A DNA stretch of 64,000 bases from Octopus bimaculoides (GCF_001194135.2 NC_068995.1:1422026-1486025); one strand, 5' to 3'. Positions 11,595 to 24,357 are shown, numbered from the stretch's first letter. Program-made: numbers and translations. Notes: generated from the sequence alone by a model not told the origin.

Positions 11595-12179
11595 TTTATT
11601 AGATCCTCTCTCTCATTTATTAAACTCCCTCTCCTGAATCAAATAAAAAATCAAAGAGAGAGAGAGAGCTATTTTAAAAAAAAGGATTAAAAAAGACTAC
11701 TCCCTTCAAACTCCACATACCTCTCCATAAAACCCCTCCTACCTTCTCCACACCCCCTCTATCCCCCTATTTATCCAACTGTTGGACAGAAAAGGGCTAT
11801 TTTGGTTTGCCAGAATATATGGGAACACCCAACTGGCGTAATGCCAACCACCCATCCCCCTCTCCTTAAACATGTTACCCCATCCACCTCTCCAACAATA
11901 AAACTTACCTAATAATATTCTGGGAAAATCAGGGTGGGAAGGGAGAGCTGAATCCAGAATTAAAAAAAAAAAAAGGAGCTAATCTACCCTTCCCCCTCCA
12001 TCTGACCTGCCTCCCCTCCTCCACAACTATAATTACCCCTCCCCCCTTTTTTTCCTAAATCAAAACATCTTTTCCTCGTTGTCTCCAATAAATATTTACC
12101 CAACTGTTGGATAGAGGGAGTCGGTGCTCCTTACCTTAATAAAAGGGGACAACAAATTCAAAAATAAACTCGGCTGTTT

Positions 12180-12345
12180 ATAGGAGCACAGATAGCTGTG
12201 AGGCTAAGAAGCTTGCTTTCCAAACACATGGTCTCAGATTCCATCCTACTGCACAGTACCTTGCGCTAGAGTCCTCTACTATTGCCCTCGGCTGACCAAT
12301 GGCCTGTGAGTGATTTCGGTAGATGGAAACTATGCAGAAGGTGTA
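12180..12345 (+). mobile_element. SINE family A, 5' half
   Basis: TAAGAAGCTTGCTTTCCAAACACATGG...GTGAGTGATTTCGGTAGATGGAAACT. Confidence 0.7.
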
Positions 12346-12369
12346 GATGAAGGACAAGATTGAAAGGAT

Positions 12370-12790
12370 CAACTGACCCCTTTAGGAAGGTCCCCGATCA
12401 GGTCTATGAGGTAAACCTATCATTGACTGACATGTCATATCATGGACCCTAATTGAAGAGGAGGCTAGGGGAAAGTGAGAGGGAGAGAGAGAGAGAGAGA
12501 AAGTCACTTAATGAGTCCTACAAGTCAAAGCTGATATAAAAAACCTGCCAAGTGGAGATTAAGGATGAGGGTCTTCTTGAGAAGGTAAGGACTTGGGTCT
12601 AACAGGGTGGTCAATGAGGGTCTGTTTGGATTGTGGTGGGCCCAGAGGTTATCTGTACATCTTCCCAGGATCTCATGCATCAAAAGACTGCATGTGTTTC
12701 AGTAGTGCAGCAGGGGTCATTTCTACATCCCCAACTCTTCACCCACAGACTGACTGATATACACCAACAGATGGGGTGAGCTCACCTCTC
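12370..12790 (+). mobile_element. Possible CR1/L2-like RT core remnant
   Basis: One frame reads EIKDEGLLEKVRTWV*...IVVG...VSVVQQGSFLHPQLFTHRLTDI (cf. GIxGxLLxWI..WL...SGVPQGSVLGPxLF...INDI); upstream FRKVPDQV (cf. FxKAFDxV). Very degenerate. Confidence 0.4.
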
Positions 12791-13879
12791 TCTCCCTCCT
12801 CCCACCACTTCAGATACAGAACTGACAAGTGAGATGATGCAGTCCAACATAATAACCCTTTAAAAAGGCAGGATGGTTATGGTAGGAGTGTCTCTAATGG
12901 AAGGTCGGCTCAACCAGCAACAATCACAGGACTATCATACAACAACCAGGTGTAGAAGTGAGAGGTACCGGTTTCAATTTCACATCTCTCCACCCTGAAC
13001 AACTGCAAGCCTGTCATACATTAACAGCTGTAAGTTATAAAGGAAACGAAGCAAACCGCGATCCTTTAGCAGGTGGTGGTCACCTGAGCAGCAACAAAAC
13101 AATGGTTATTTATACAACACCATCAGCACAATTATCATAAGCATCAATGTAAAGAGTAGACAGAAAGTACAAAGTATCTATGGCAACGGGATGATGTGGA
13201 AGGAGGAAGGAGAGATGAGAGCAGTGAGGGTGGGGTGCAGTTTTAAGAAATTTAATACAAGGGGTAGCAAACAGCGGGGTGGAGCGATGTGGTGGTGGTG
13301 GTGGTCGTGGGTTAATATGGAGGATTGTCTTTTTAAAACAAGAGGGTGAGCAATGTAGATGGCACAGCGGATAAGACATGACTAAGCAACAGATGTAAGA
13401 CAAAACCTGAAGACGAAGATGGTAGGGTGTGGGGGGTAGGTGGAGGAACTAGGGGAATGGGAATGGGGAGAGAGTTAAAGTAATAGCTGGACTCTTTTCT
13501 CTCTCTCCCCTTCTTTTTTTGTCTCAATCCATAAACATTGCAATAAAAACAAAAGAAAATTAAAAAAATTCAATTTGAAAAATACAAATACAAAAAAGAA
13601 AAAAAAATTCAATTTCGAGAAAGAATTATTATTAAAAGGAAAAGAAGATTGAAACAAAAACAGAATGAAATCCCCACCGAAAACAGACCAAAAAAAAAAA
13701 AAAGGGAATTATATACGTATCTTGAAATAAAAGAAATAAAATTAACAAAACACTAGAAAAATAGTAAAAAAAAAATTGTAGAATATTTTTTTACGATAAA
13801 CTAGATTGTCGAATCTCTCAGTTTGCACCACCACCACCACCACCACTACCACAGCCATCCTCAATACACCAAACACCCC

Positions 13880-14140
13880 AAACAATGACAATAACAACAA
13901 AAACAGGTAACATTTGTCATCATCATCATTATCAGCACCATCATCATCATCATCTCCACCATCATTACAATTTGCAATATGCTGCCATTTTTATAAACAC
14001 TCCCCCTCTCCAACACCACCATCACAATCACCATCATCATCATCCTCACCATCACCAACATCAACGCTATCAATGTAACCACCACCACCACCACCACCAC
14101 CATCACCACCACCATCATCACCACCAACAACAACAACCAT
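13880..14140. repeat. Compound (CAT/CAC/CAA)n trinucleotide repeat
   Basis: Directly visible; source of the poly-His/poly-Val ORFs. Confidence 0.9.
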
Positions 14141-14430
14141 AAGGAGAGCCAGATTAAATTAAAGAAACAGTGTATTGTTGTAAATCAGTTTCTCTCTCTC
14201 CTCCCCGCACTCCTCCCTCCCCCAACCCCCACCATGTCATAGAGACAATTAGGTTAGAAACTTTGTTGAGGGCAGATAATGTTGCCATTATTGGCGGAAT
14301 GATGGTGACGGTGGCGGAATATTGTTGGTATGGAAATATTTCTTCCTCAGGGAACTATCAAACATTCATCATAATATTAATACTAACTCATAAAAAAAAC
14401 AACAACAACAATAATTTATAACATATGATA

Positions 14431-14913
14431 TAATAATAATAATAACCCTTTCTGCTTTAGGCACAAGGCCTGTAATTTGGGGGTAGGTAGGGGGTAGTTG
14501 AGTGCATCGAGCCCGGTGCTCGACTGACTGGTAACTGGCACTCCGTCAGTTATGACGACAAGGGTTCCAGTTGATCCAATCAATGGAACAGCCTGCTCAT
14601 GAGATTAGCATGCAAGTGGCTGAGCACACCTCAGACATGTGTAGCTTTAATGTAGTTCTTAGGGAGATTCAACATGACACAGAATGTGACAAGACTGGCC
14701 CTTTGAAATATAAAGGGACAACTCATTTTTGCCAGTTGAGTGAACTGGAGCAACGTGAACTAAAATGTCAAAGACAGAATGTGCAGCCGGGAATTGAACT
14801 CATGACATTATGATTGTGAGCTGAAAACTCTAACCACTAAGCCACAAGCCTTCACCGGTACCAAGTTTACCAACCCCAAAAGGATGAAAAGTCAAACCTT
14901 GGCATCGCCACCT
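14431..14913 (-). mobile_element. SINE family D copy 1, interrupted by a family C SINE
   Basis: (AAT)n, then CCTTTCTGCTTTAGGCACAAGGCCTG...GACTGGTA, resuming after the insertion at 14854 with CCCCAAAAGGATGAAAAGTC...TCGCCACCTT. Confidence 0.75.
14537..14853 (-). mobile_element. SINE family C (tRNA-like head), near full length, nested in family D
   Basis: Reverse complement of 26952-27251; head TGGCTTAGTGG (A box) and GAGTTCAATTCCC (B box). Confidence 0.85.
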
Positions 14914-15113
14914 TAATATTAATGATAAATTTCAGCAGTTTTCAAGGGGATTACATCGACCCCAGTACATGACTGGTACTTATTTTATCGACCCTGAAAG
15001 GAGGAAAGGCAAACATGACCTTTGGCAGAATTTGAACTCAAAACATAAAACACAAACAAAATGCTGTCAGGCATTTTGTCCGGCATCCTAGTAACTGTGC
15101 CAGCTGACTGACT
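14914..15113 (-). mobile_element. SINE family D copy 2
   Basis: GATTACATCGACCCCAGTAC...CTGGTACTTATTTTATCGACCCTGAAAGG...GAATTTGAACTCA. Confidence 0.85.
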
Positions 15114-15245
15114 TTAATAGTAATAATAATAATAATAATAGTAATAATAATAATAATAATAGTAATAATAATAATAATAATAGTAATAATAATAATAATA
15201 ATAGTAATAATAATAATAATAATAATAGTAATAATAATAATAATA

Positions 15246-15329
<84 letters not shown>

Positions 15330-15341
15330 GTAATAATAATA
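15114..15341. repeat. (AAT)n microsatellite with periodic AGT interruptions (~21-bp higher-order unit)
   Basis: The ORF 15038-15364 translation shows Thr about every 7 codons within poly-Ile. Confidence 0.95.
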
Positions 15342-15557
15342 AAGATCCTTTCTATTAAAGGCACAAGGCCTGAAATTTGGTGGGGAGGGGACTAGTCGAT
15401 TATATCAACCCCAGTGTTTCACTGGTACTTAATTTATTGACCCAGAAAAGGTGAAAGGTAAAGTCGACCTCAGCAGAATTTGAACTCAGAATGTAGCAAC
15501 TGGCGAAATGCCGCTAAGCATTTCGTCCAACATGCTAACGATTCTGCTAGCTTGCCA
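15342..15557 (-). mobile_element. SINE family D copy 3
   Basis: CCTTTCTATTAAAGGCACAAGGCCTGAAATTTGG...AAAGTCGACCTCAGCAGAATTTGAACTCAGA...GCTAACGATTCTGCTAGC. Confidence 0.9.
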
Positions 15558-15610
15558 ACGACAACAACGACAACAACAACAATAATAATAATAATAATAA
15601 TAATAATAGT

Positions 15611-15822
15611 GATTTCAAATTTTGGCACAAGGCCAGCAATTTCGGGGCAAGGGTGAAGTTGATTATGTCATCCCTAGAACATTACTGGTATTTATTTTAT
15701 AGACTCTGAAAGGATGGAACAGCAAAGTCAACCTCGGCAGAATTTAAACTCAGAATGCAAAGTCGGCCGAAATGCCACAAAGCATTTTGTCCGGTGTGCT
15801 AACGATTCTGACAGCTCACTGC
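15611..15822 (-). mobile_element. SINE family D copy 4
   Basis: GGCACAAGGCCAG...AAAGTCAACCTCGGCAGAATTTAAACTCAGA...GCTAACGATTCTGACAGCTC; (AAT)n on both sides. Confidence 0.9.
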
Positions 15823-15824
15823 TG

Positions 15825-15872
<48 letters not shown>

Positions 15873-16779
15873 GAGATGAAGATACTGAAAGAAAGAAAAT
15901 ATTTGATAATTTTATTTTCTATTTATTTATTTATTTGGTGTTGTTAATGTTGTGTGTGTGTGTGTGTGTGTATTTGTAAGTGTGTTTTATGGAAGCAAGT
16001 GATAAAAAAATATTTTGTGTTAAATCCCCCTCTTTTTGCCCCTTCTGCCCTCCCCACTCTGTCTACTCCCCACCTCCACCATCACTACAACCACTGAAAC
16101 ATAAGTATGTTGAAACAGAAGTCAATGAGGATATATATGTGTATACACACACACACACACACACACACATACACACATGCAGGCACGCATGCACAAACTG
16201 ACATACATACGTATATTTATAAATGTATATAAAAATTTTTAAAAACCCATCAGACACACAACAAAGACAATTATAAGTGGTGGTGGTGGTGGTGCTACTA
16301 CTACTACTACTAATGATGATGATGATGATGATGATGATGATAATAGTAATATTGTTATTGTTATGTTAGAAAACACCAACAAAACAGAAAACAAAAGCTA
16401 ATAAATAAGAAAAAATATAGAAAAGAATAAGAGAGAGAGAGAGAGAGAGAGGGAAAAGAAAAACAACAAAAGCAAAACAAAACAAGTGCAGTGGAAGAGA
16501 ACAAATGGTTTTAATTATGTGTTGCTCTAAAAGTATTAAATAGCATCACTGCATGATGGTAATGAGGTGGGGGGTGGGGTGGGGGAGCGAAGACAAAAGA
16601 AGGGGTTGTGTTGTTGTCTGAAAGTGGCAAAGTAAGGCAGAAAGAGGTGTTTTGAAAGTGGGTCCCCATGGAGGTAGCAGTTTTCAACTGTTGAGGCCCG
16701 AGCCTGTCTCTCACTGGAGAACAACAACAACAACACCAATATTATCGTATGTTCCTCTCTTTCTCCCCCCCCCCATCCC

Positions 16780-17000
16780 TTGAGCCTATATAACTCTGTG
16801 ACACAGAGACAGCAACATTATCAGGTGTCCTCCTACCCTATATAGGTCGTTTACAGGAAACCAGAGCATTATCAAGTGTCTCCCACCACCACCACCACCT
16901 GTCCTATAGAGGTCTTTTACAGAGACACAACAACATTATCAANNNNNNNNNNTGAACCTAGATAGGTCTCCGGCAGACAGCAGTGTTATTATTTCTCTGT
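16780..17000. repeat. Degenerate ~50-65 bp minisatellite
   Basis: Unit CCTATATAGGTCxTTTACAG(AG)ACAxCAxCATTATCAxGTGTCxTCCxACC recurs about 4 times; related pieces extend to ~17250. Confidence 0.65.
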
Positions 17001-18438
17001 GTCCCACCATACTAGCCAAAATATGACTTTTACCCCCCCCCCCAGCATACTGGGTCACTACCCAAAAACCTTTCAAAGAGACAACATCACCATTGTGAAT
17101 CCATGTTATGCACCCCATCCACCCTGCAGCCTTTGATATATAGCTGCATTATAATCTATCCATGTTCTGTCCCCTAGTCTTCTTAGATCTTTCAGCAAGA
17201 CAGCAGCATTATCATCATCATCATCATCATGCCTCCATGTTCTACCTGGACGTTCTACTTCCATGTCCTCCTACCCACCACCCCATATAGATCTTACACC
17301 ATGTGTATATGCATACCCCACCCTCAGCCCCTTTACTGTGGGTGTCTGTGACTGACATCCTTCCATAGAGGACCAAAACAGGGATACCTGTAAGTAAGGG
17401 TCCAACACTTTAACAGGCAAAATGGCTGAAACAGCAGGAACCTCCACAAGGGGAAATGAAATCTTTGGGGATGGTCATATCTACTGAAATCATAGGCAGA
17501 TAAGAAGGAGTGGACAATATAAACTAATCAAAAACCTGCTGCTGGGCCAAAATATTTCTGTTTTAATTTCAGAAAGGTTTCCCACCATGACCATCCCATC
17601 TTTTGATGACATATTTAGGACTGTATTATACAATGTCTCCCTTCTTTAAATATGGTAGGAAGCAGTGACATATGGTGATTGTTGTCAGAGGGTGTGGCGT
17701 CATGGTAACCCTACCACCCTTGAATAAACTATAAACATACACAAATAAATGTTAGGTTATTTCTGTAAAGAATACGACTTCAACCTGACTCAGTCTTTCT
17801 CAAAGAGTTTGACTAGATTTGAAAACTGGAACCAGACTCCATCAACAACAGGAATTATTAAAAAGACTATTTGACATCCCTGGGGTTTGTGGAATGCTCA
17901 CCTAGCACTCCGTGGATATATGCTCCTAGGAGGTTGTCATTATGAGGGAGATTTGGTTGCTAGTCTCGCATGTTCAGCAGCCGTGAAGAATGAATGAATG
18001 AAGTGTCAGGTTGCTCGCAAGCACTGAGTGCGACTAGAAGCATTTCTAGTCTGATGCAACCTGTTGTATGGTTGGATTGGTTGGTGATAAAACCAACAAT
18101 GCAACCAGGCTTGCATGGTGGGGCTGGTACAGGCTCTAGATACACAGCAACACAAAAACAACACGGAGGATAGATGAACCCAATATAGAACCAGTAACTA
18201 TGTAACAATTGAGCTGGGGACTATTCTGGGTCAGTGTCTGGAATACTGTCAGTGAGGCACTGGCAATGAGGCACTCCTGAACTTTTATTCAGACATGTCT
18301 GTAAGAGAAAGCAATGTTGCACTGACCAGTATGTTGGTGGTGTAACTGTCCTATGCGTACGTTTTGTAGTATTTAATGCATTTTTCATCTATGGAATAAC
18401 TGAATGCCATGGATCCCAACTTTTGTTAACACTAAGTT

Positions 18439-18473
<35 letters not shown>

Positions 18474-19855
18474 NNNNNNNNNNACATACAGACATCATAT
18501 TTACAAACATAAATCTATACACAAAGATTTCACTTTCCTGACAGCTAAACTGAACAGAAACCTCCTCCACCACCACCACCACCACCACCACCACCACCAC
18601 AACATGAAATTTAATTAATGTGAATAAAACAGAAAATATACAAAAACGTGCGAGTGATGTGTGTGTATACACGCACACACATACATACATGCATGTATAA
18701 TGTCATATACATATAAGAAAAAAACTCTAGTAAATAGTTTAGTGTTGTTATCTTCTTTGCTTTTTAAATAAGCTGAAGGTTTTAAATTCCATTACAACAC
18801 CAGAGAGTGGAAAGATGTGTGCATGTGTGTGTAAATATATACATACCTACTTATGTATGTATGACCATATACACATTAATATATATATATATATGAAAAT
18901 ATATGTATGTAAATAAAGACATTTTCAAATGCATAGACACACAAGGACAAACATAAAGATAGATATGAATCCAAAAATATTTAAAAAAAAAGTATAGATG
19001 CACACAAAGTGGAAGGTACATTTCTGGTCGCTTATAAAAATTAAAAATAACTCCTCTCTGAAGATGAGGACCACAAGGTGATACATTGCAACTGAGAGGT
19101 GGGGATAACTGGATGGGAGAAATATATGTATGATGCAGTTCTCAATCACCATCCTCCCTTACCATTAAGTACTGAAGATGGATAGAATCTGGAGTCTGTA
19201 CATTAACACACACTAGTGCACTGTACAAACTCAGTTAAAGGAATAATTGGTCTAACTTCTAAACCATTTAAACATCATTTCAACCTGCATACACACATGT
19301 TCTGAAACTCATGCACACAAATGGCAATGACTTCTCTTTTCTCTTAGAAATGGAATTTGGAAACTAAAAATTATCAATTTAACATAAAAATATTTTATCT
19401 AAAAATCATATTCTGGAAATAAAGACATTGCAATCCTTGCATAACAGAGAGCTTTGCAATCCTTTTTTGCTAAACCTCCTACTCTCAACAAACACTGAGA
19501 AAGTACTTCTCTTGCCAACACAAAATATTTTAGACTTTTAGTCATTTTAAACCTTTTGCACATCTCAAGAAATAATCTAACATTATATAGACTCTCTGAA
19601 CTACAATTAAACTAGATTACCCCTCATCACACACACAGGACCACTCCTTCATTCACTACCTCTTTTCTATTTCACCTACTTACAAGCATCAGAAACACAA
19701 AACCCTTGAAGCCAGAAGCTTTTCAGCACCCCTTCATATGTATAGTTATATTTGTATATACGCAGGTATATAACTGTTTCCCTCCAAATTTGTTTTCCTT
19801 AGAATAGAATGCTTTTTACAGCCATTATCGATATATATTGTCAAAGATTATTTTG

Positions 19856-20270
19856 CCCGTGTGGTAAGAAGTTTGTTTCCCAACCACATGATTCCAGGTT
19901 CAATCTCACTGTGAAGCACCTTGGGCAAGTGTCTCCTATTATAGTCTTGGGCTGACCAAAGCATTGTGAGTGGATTTGGTAGATGGAAACTGAAAGAAGC
20001 CCATCATATACATATATATATATGATGGGCCATTTCAGTGCCACATAAAAAACACTCAGTATATATGTATGTGTGTGCTTCTCCCACGACTGCTTGACAA
20101 CTGGTGTTGGTGTGTTTATGTCCCTGTAACTGAGTGTTTCGGCAAAAGAGACTGATAAAATATGTACTAGGCTTAAAAAAAAAATTTTAGGGTTGATTTG
20201 TTTGACTAACCCCACCCCGCAAAGTGGTGCACCAGCATGGCTGCAGTCCAATGACTGAAACAAGTAAAAG
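19856..20270 (+). mobile_element. SINE family A, near full length
   Basis: GTGTGGTAAGAAG...GGTTCAATCTC...CCTTGGGCAAGTGTC...GGAAACTGAAAGAAGCCC...GCATGGCTGCAGTCCAATGACTGAAACAAGTAAAAGA. Confidence 0.9.
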
Positions 20271-20889
20271 ATACACACGCATAAGCATCATCATCATTTA
20301 ATGCCTGCTTTCCATACCGGCATTGATTGACAAGAACTGGCTAACTGGAGAGCTTATATATATNNNNNNNNNNNNNNNNNNNNNNNNNNNNNNNNNNNNN
20401 NNNNNNNNNNNNNNNNNNNNNNNNNNNNNNNNNNNNNNNNNNNNNNNNNNNNNNNNNNNNNNNNNNNNNNNNNNNNNNNNNNNNNNNNNNNNNNNNNNAT
20501 ATATATATATATGTATATATATATACATATATATATATACATACATACATGTATATATATATATATTCTATATATATATATATATGGGTATTAAAGTATA
20601 TTTACATAACGTTTATGAATCTGCATATATTATTCTAAATCTGTTGCCTATTTAGGTGTTTCTCTCAAATACATTCCATTCCATATTTATCTATAATCTA
20701 CCTATTTGTAATAATATATTCATATTTGGTAAGATGAAAACATTTTTACATACACTTAAACACACACACGTGTGTGAGTATGATTGTATATTTATGTATA
20801 TTTGTCACACATAATCTTTTAAATCAGTAGAGAGTCTCTCTCTCTCTCTCTGTGTTTCCCTTTAAATACCCCTCCCCCCACCTTAGCAT

Positions 20890-21320
20890 TTGTTATTCTT
20901 TTGCTCGTTTCAATGCTGGGGGCATTGCCTTTGAGGGTTTAACTGAACAAATCGACCCCATTGCTTATTTTTTTTTAAAGTCTGGTACTTTTTCAGCTTC
21001 TTTTGCTGAATCTCCGAGTTGTGGGGATATAAACAAATCAACACTGGTTGTCAAGCAGTGGGAAAGGGACAAACTCAGAGACACACACATGCATATATGA
21101 GTATACACGCTACGTTAGATACATAGAAACAAACCAATACTGGCTGTTAAGTGGTGGTAGCGGGGCAGACACACATGGAGGCTTCCACAGTTTCCATTTA
21201 CAAAATCCACTCACTTTGGTTGGCCTGAGGCTATAGGAGAAGACACTTGCCCAAGGTGCCATGCAATGGGACCGAACATGGGACCATGCAGCTGAAAGCA
21301 AACTTCTTACCACACAGCCA
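20890..21320 (-). mobile_element. SINE family A, near full length
   Basis: Reverse complement of the 19856 copy; ends GAAGACACTTGCCCAAGGTGCCATGCAATGGGAC...CTTCTTACCACACAGCCA. Confidence 0.85.
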
Positions 21321-21350
21321 GACCCCCCCACCTTTAAACACACACACACG

Positions 21351-21665
21351 CTTGAAGGGTTTTTAGGTGAACAAATTGACCCCAGTACTTATTTTTAAGT
21401 CTGGTTCTTATTCTGTAAGTTACAGGGACATGAACAAACCAGCACCGGTTGTCAAGTGGTGGTGCTGGGGGGCAAGCATAAACACAGTGACACACACACA
21501 CACACATGCCAGGGTTCTTTCAGTTTCTATCAGCCAAGTCCTCTCATTAGGTTTTGGTTAGCCTGTTGGTTCTAGTAGCAGACTCTTGCCTCAGATGCCA
21601 TGCAGTGGGACTGAACCTGGAACCAAGAGGTTGACAAGCAAACTTCTTACCACACAGCCACGGCA
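21351..21665 (-). mobile_element. SINE family A
   Basis: TTGACCCCAGTACTTA...GTTACAGGGACAT...GCAGTGGGACTGAACCTGGAACC...CTTCTTACCACACAGCCAC. Confidence 0.85.
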
Positions 21666-21685
21666 CAGAGATAATATGGAGACAT

Positions 21686-21725
<40 letters not shown>

Positions 21726-22121
21726 AATAAATACACTCACAAATCATCAGAACTGGAACTCCAGCATGGTCTTGAACATGCAGGCTTAAATAAACTAAAG
21801 AACATACAGTGATATAGAAATACACACACAGAGACACACATTCGCACACACGCACGCCCTGCCTGCCATGCCAGTGTATATTGAGTGTTGTTGGGTTGGT
21901 GTAGTGTTTGAAAAAAATTTCTAGAAAATGAGCAAAGAAATCAGATCCTTGCCTCCTGCTACAGTGGCCATCTTTATTGCCACTGGACCTGCTGATAGCG
22001 GTGGGGGGTGGGGTGAGAATCATGACCATGATGTTGTTGTTCTTGTTGCACCTAGAACACACATCTTTATGTGAATATATGTATGTGTATGTGTTTATGT
22101 ATATGTGTGTCTATATATGTG

Positions 22122-22164
<43 letters not shown>

Positions 22165-22987
22165 GCGTTTGTGTGCATTTATAAAAGNNNNNNNNNNGAG
22201 AGAGAGAGAGAGAGGGAGAGAGAGAGCGTTTGTGTGCATTTATAAAAGTCTTATGATACTTTTGTGTATACAAATTGCGTATATGATTGCATGTGTGTAA
22301 ACATGTATATTTGCATATGTATAGATATACTGTGAATGTGTATATATATATAAATATATATACATATATAAATATATATACATATATAAATATACATATA
22401 AATATATGTATGTATACATACATACGTACATATATATAGATATGATATACACATAAACACAAAACTATATACGCAAATATACACATCTATAAACAAACTG
22501 CATAAATTATAAACACATGGATTTGTGTGTTTGTATATATATTTGTACACACATATATATCTATATACATTTATACACACACACACACACACACAGAAAG
22601 AGGCAGAGAAGAAGACAGAGAGAGAGAGGGGGGAGCTGGGGGTGCAAAAGTTGGAAGAGGAAAGCAAAATATTTTATCAGAGAGATTCTTTCCTTCTGTT
22701 CTGAAGTTACTTCCTTATTTCTAAGTTCAGCACACACAGACACACACACTGTTTATAAACATATATACACTTTTGGCACATACAAGTACATGCACAGCTA
22801 GTCACTCCCCCCCCCCNNNNNNNNNNNNNNNNNNNNNNNNNNNNNNNNNNNNNNNNNNNNNNNNNNNNNNNNNNNNNNNNNNNNNNNNNNNNNNNNNNNN
22901 NNNNNNNNNNNNNNNNNNNNNNNNNNNNNNNNNNNNNNNNNNNNNNNNNNNNNNNNNNNNNNNNNNNNNNNNNNNNNNNNNNNNNNN

Positions 22988-23054
<67 letters not shown>

Positions 23055-23226
23055 TATAAATATTTTTATATACATATTCAGAAGCGACAGCTATACATAG
23101 GCCAAGATTTTTGTGCATGATCACTTATCAAACTATATATAATATGTGTGTGCATGTATATTATATATATGTATGTATATATATATAGATAGATATTACA
23201 GCTGAATTATATATACATACACACAC

Positions 23227-23273
<47 letters not shown>

Positions 23274-24022
23274 ACACCAACTTTCCACACACAGACACAC
23301 TTGTGTCACCTACTTTCTAACTTTATATTCATTTTCTTTTGGAAGATAGGCATACACAATCACCATTGAATATATATATTTATATATTATGTGTATATAT
23401 ATATATCATGTGTGCCTGTATGAACCTGATCACTGTATGTATGAAACTCGGCCAAGTGTTTTCTACCAAAGTCTTGAAGTAACCAAACCCTTTTCAGTGC
23501 AACTTGGAAGAAGACAGAATCTCTATGTCAGAAATAAATCAATGAATGAATAAACCCCATCAAATGGATTGTTGGTGTTCTTTGGTTACCATGACCCTCT
23601 GCTTTATCCTTCAGTACCTTCAGTATGGTTTTCTCTGCTATAAGTACCCAGGTTATCATCTAAGGGTACCCATTGATGGTGGAGGCCACAAAGGGATTTA
23701 TCAGTACTGGACCTCCCTTCTCTCATCAAGACTTTATAAAACATATACACACACACACACACAGATGCATGTATAAGCACACAGATCTCTCTCTCATACA
23801 CACACACACACATGCATGCTTATATGTCTGCAGGGGCATGTGTGTATGTATATACATTCATATATATGTGTGTGTGTATGCATGTGTGTGTGTGTGTGTA
23901 TATGTGTATGTATATATATATATATATATATATGCGTGTATACACATACACACATACCCCTGTAGACATATAAGTACATATAGCTATTGCCACATAGACA
24001 CTCCTATATACCGCAATACATG

Positions 24023-24062
<40 letters not shown>

Positions 24063-24317
24063 CACACACATACATGCCCCAGCTATCGATATTCAGGCAC
24101 TACTAAGAGAGGGACACACACACACACACACACATACGGATATATACATACATATATAGACCCGGTCATAATATATGACATACACATATAAACACAAAAA
24201 CACATCTATAGATGATTGCACACACACAGATTTATACATACATAGACTCCCACATCTATACATACACACACCATTATAGAAACATACACACAACTTTTCT
24301 TTTGCTTATATACATAC

Positions 24318-24357
<40 letters not shown>

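Noticed and set aside
11909-11947. Minus-strand perfect donor AG|GTAAGT with a possible 39-nt exon
   Set aside because: Only one frame is open, the peptide is unrecognisable and no partner exon was found; expected by chance.
13010-13029. Possible 20-nt microexon before GTAAGT on + (and an overlapping minus-strand acceptor)
   Set aside because: Not frame-preserving and unsupported.
13861-14142. Poly-His/poly-Val ORFs
   Set aside because: Products of CAT/CAC trinucleotide repeats; no splice or homology support.
15038-15364. Poly-Ile ORF
   Set aside because: (AAT)n microsatellite between SINEs.
18229-18270. AATACTGTCAG, identical to miR-8 positions 2-12, inside a small hairpin
   Set aside because: The match lies in the loop of a 10-bp stem and the remainder does not match miR-8; not a precursor.
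22127-22246. Direct duplication of ~50 bp either side of a 10-N gap
   Set aside because: Typical unmerged contig overlap, an assembly artefact.
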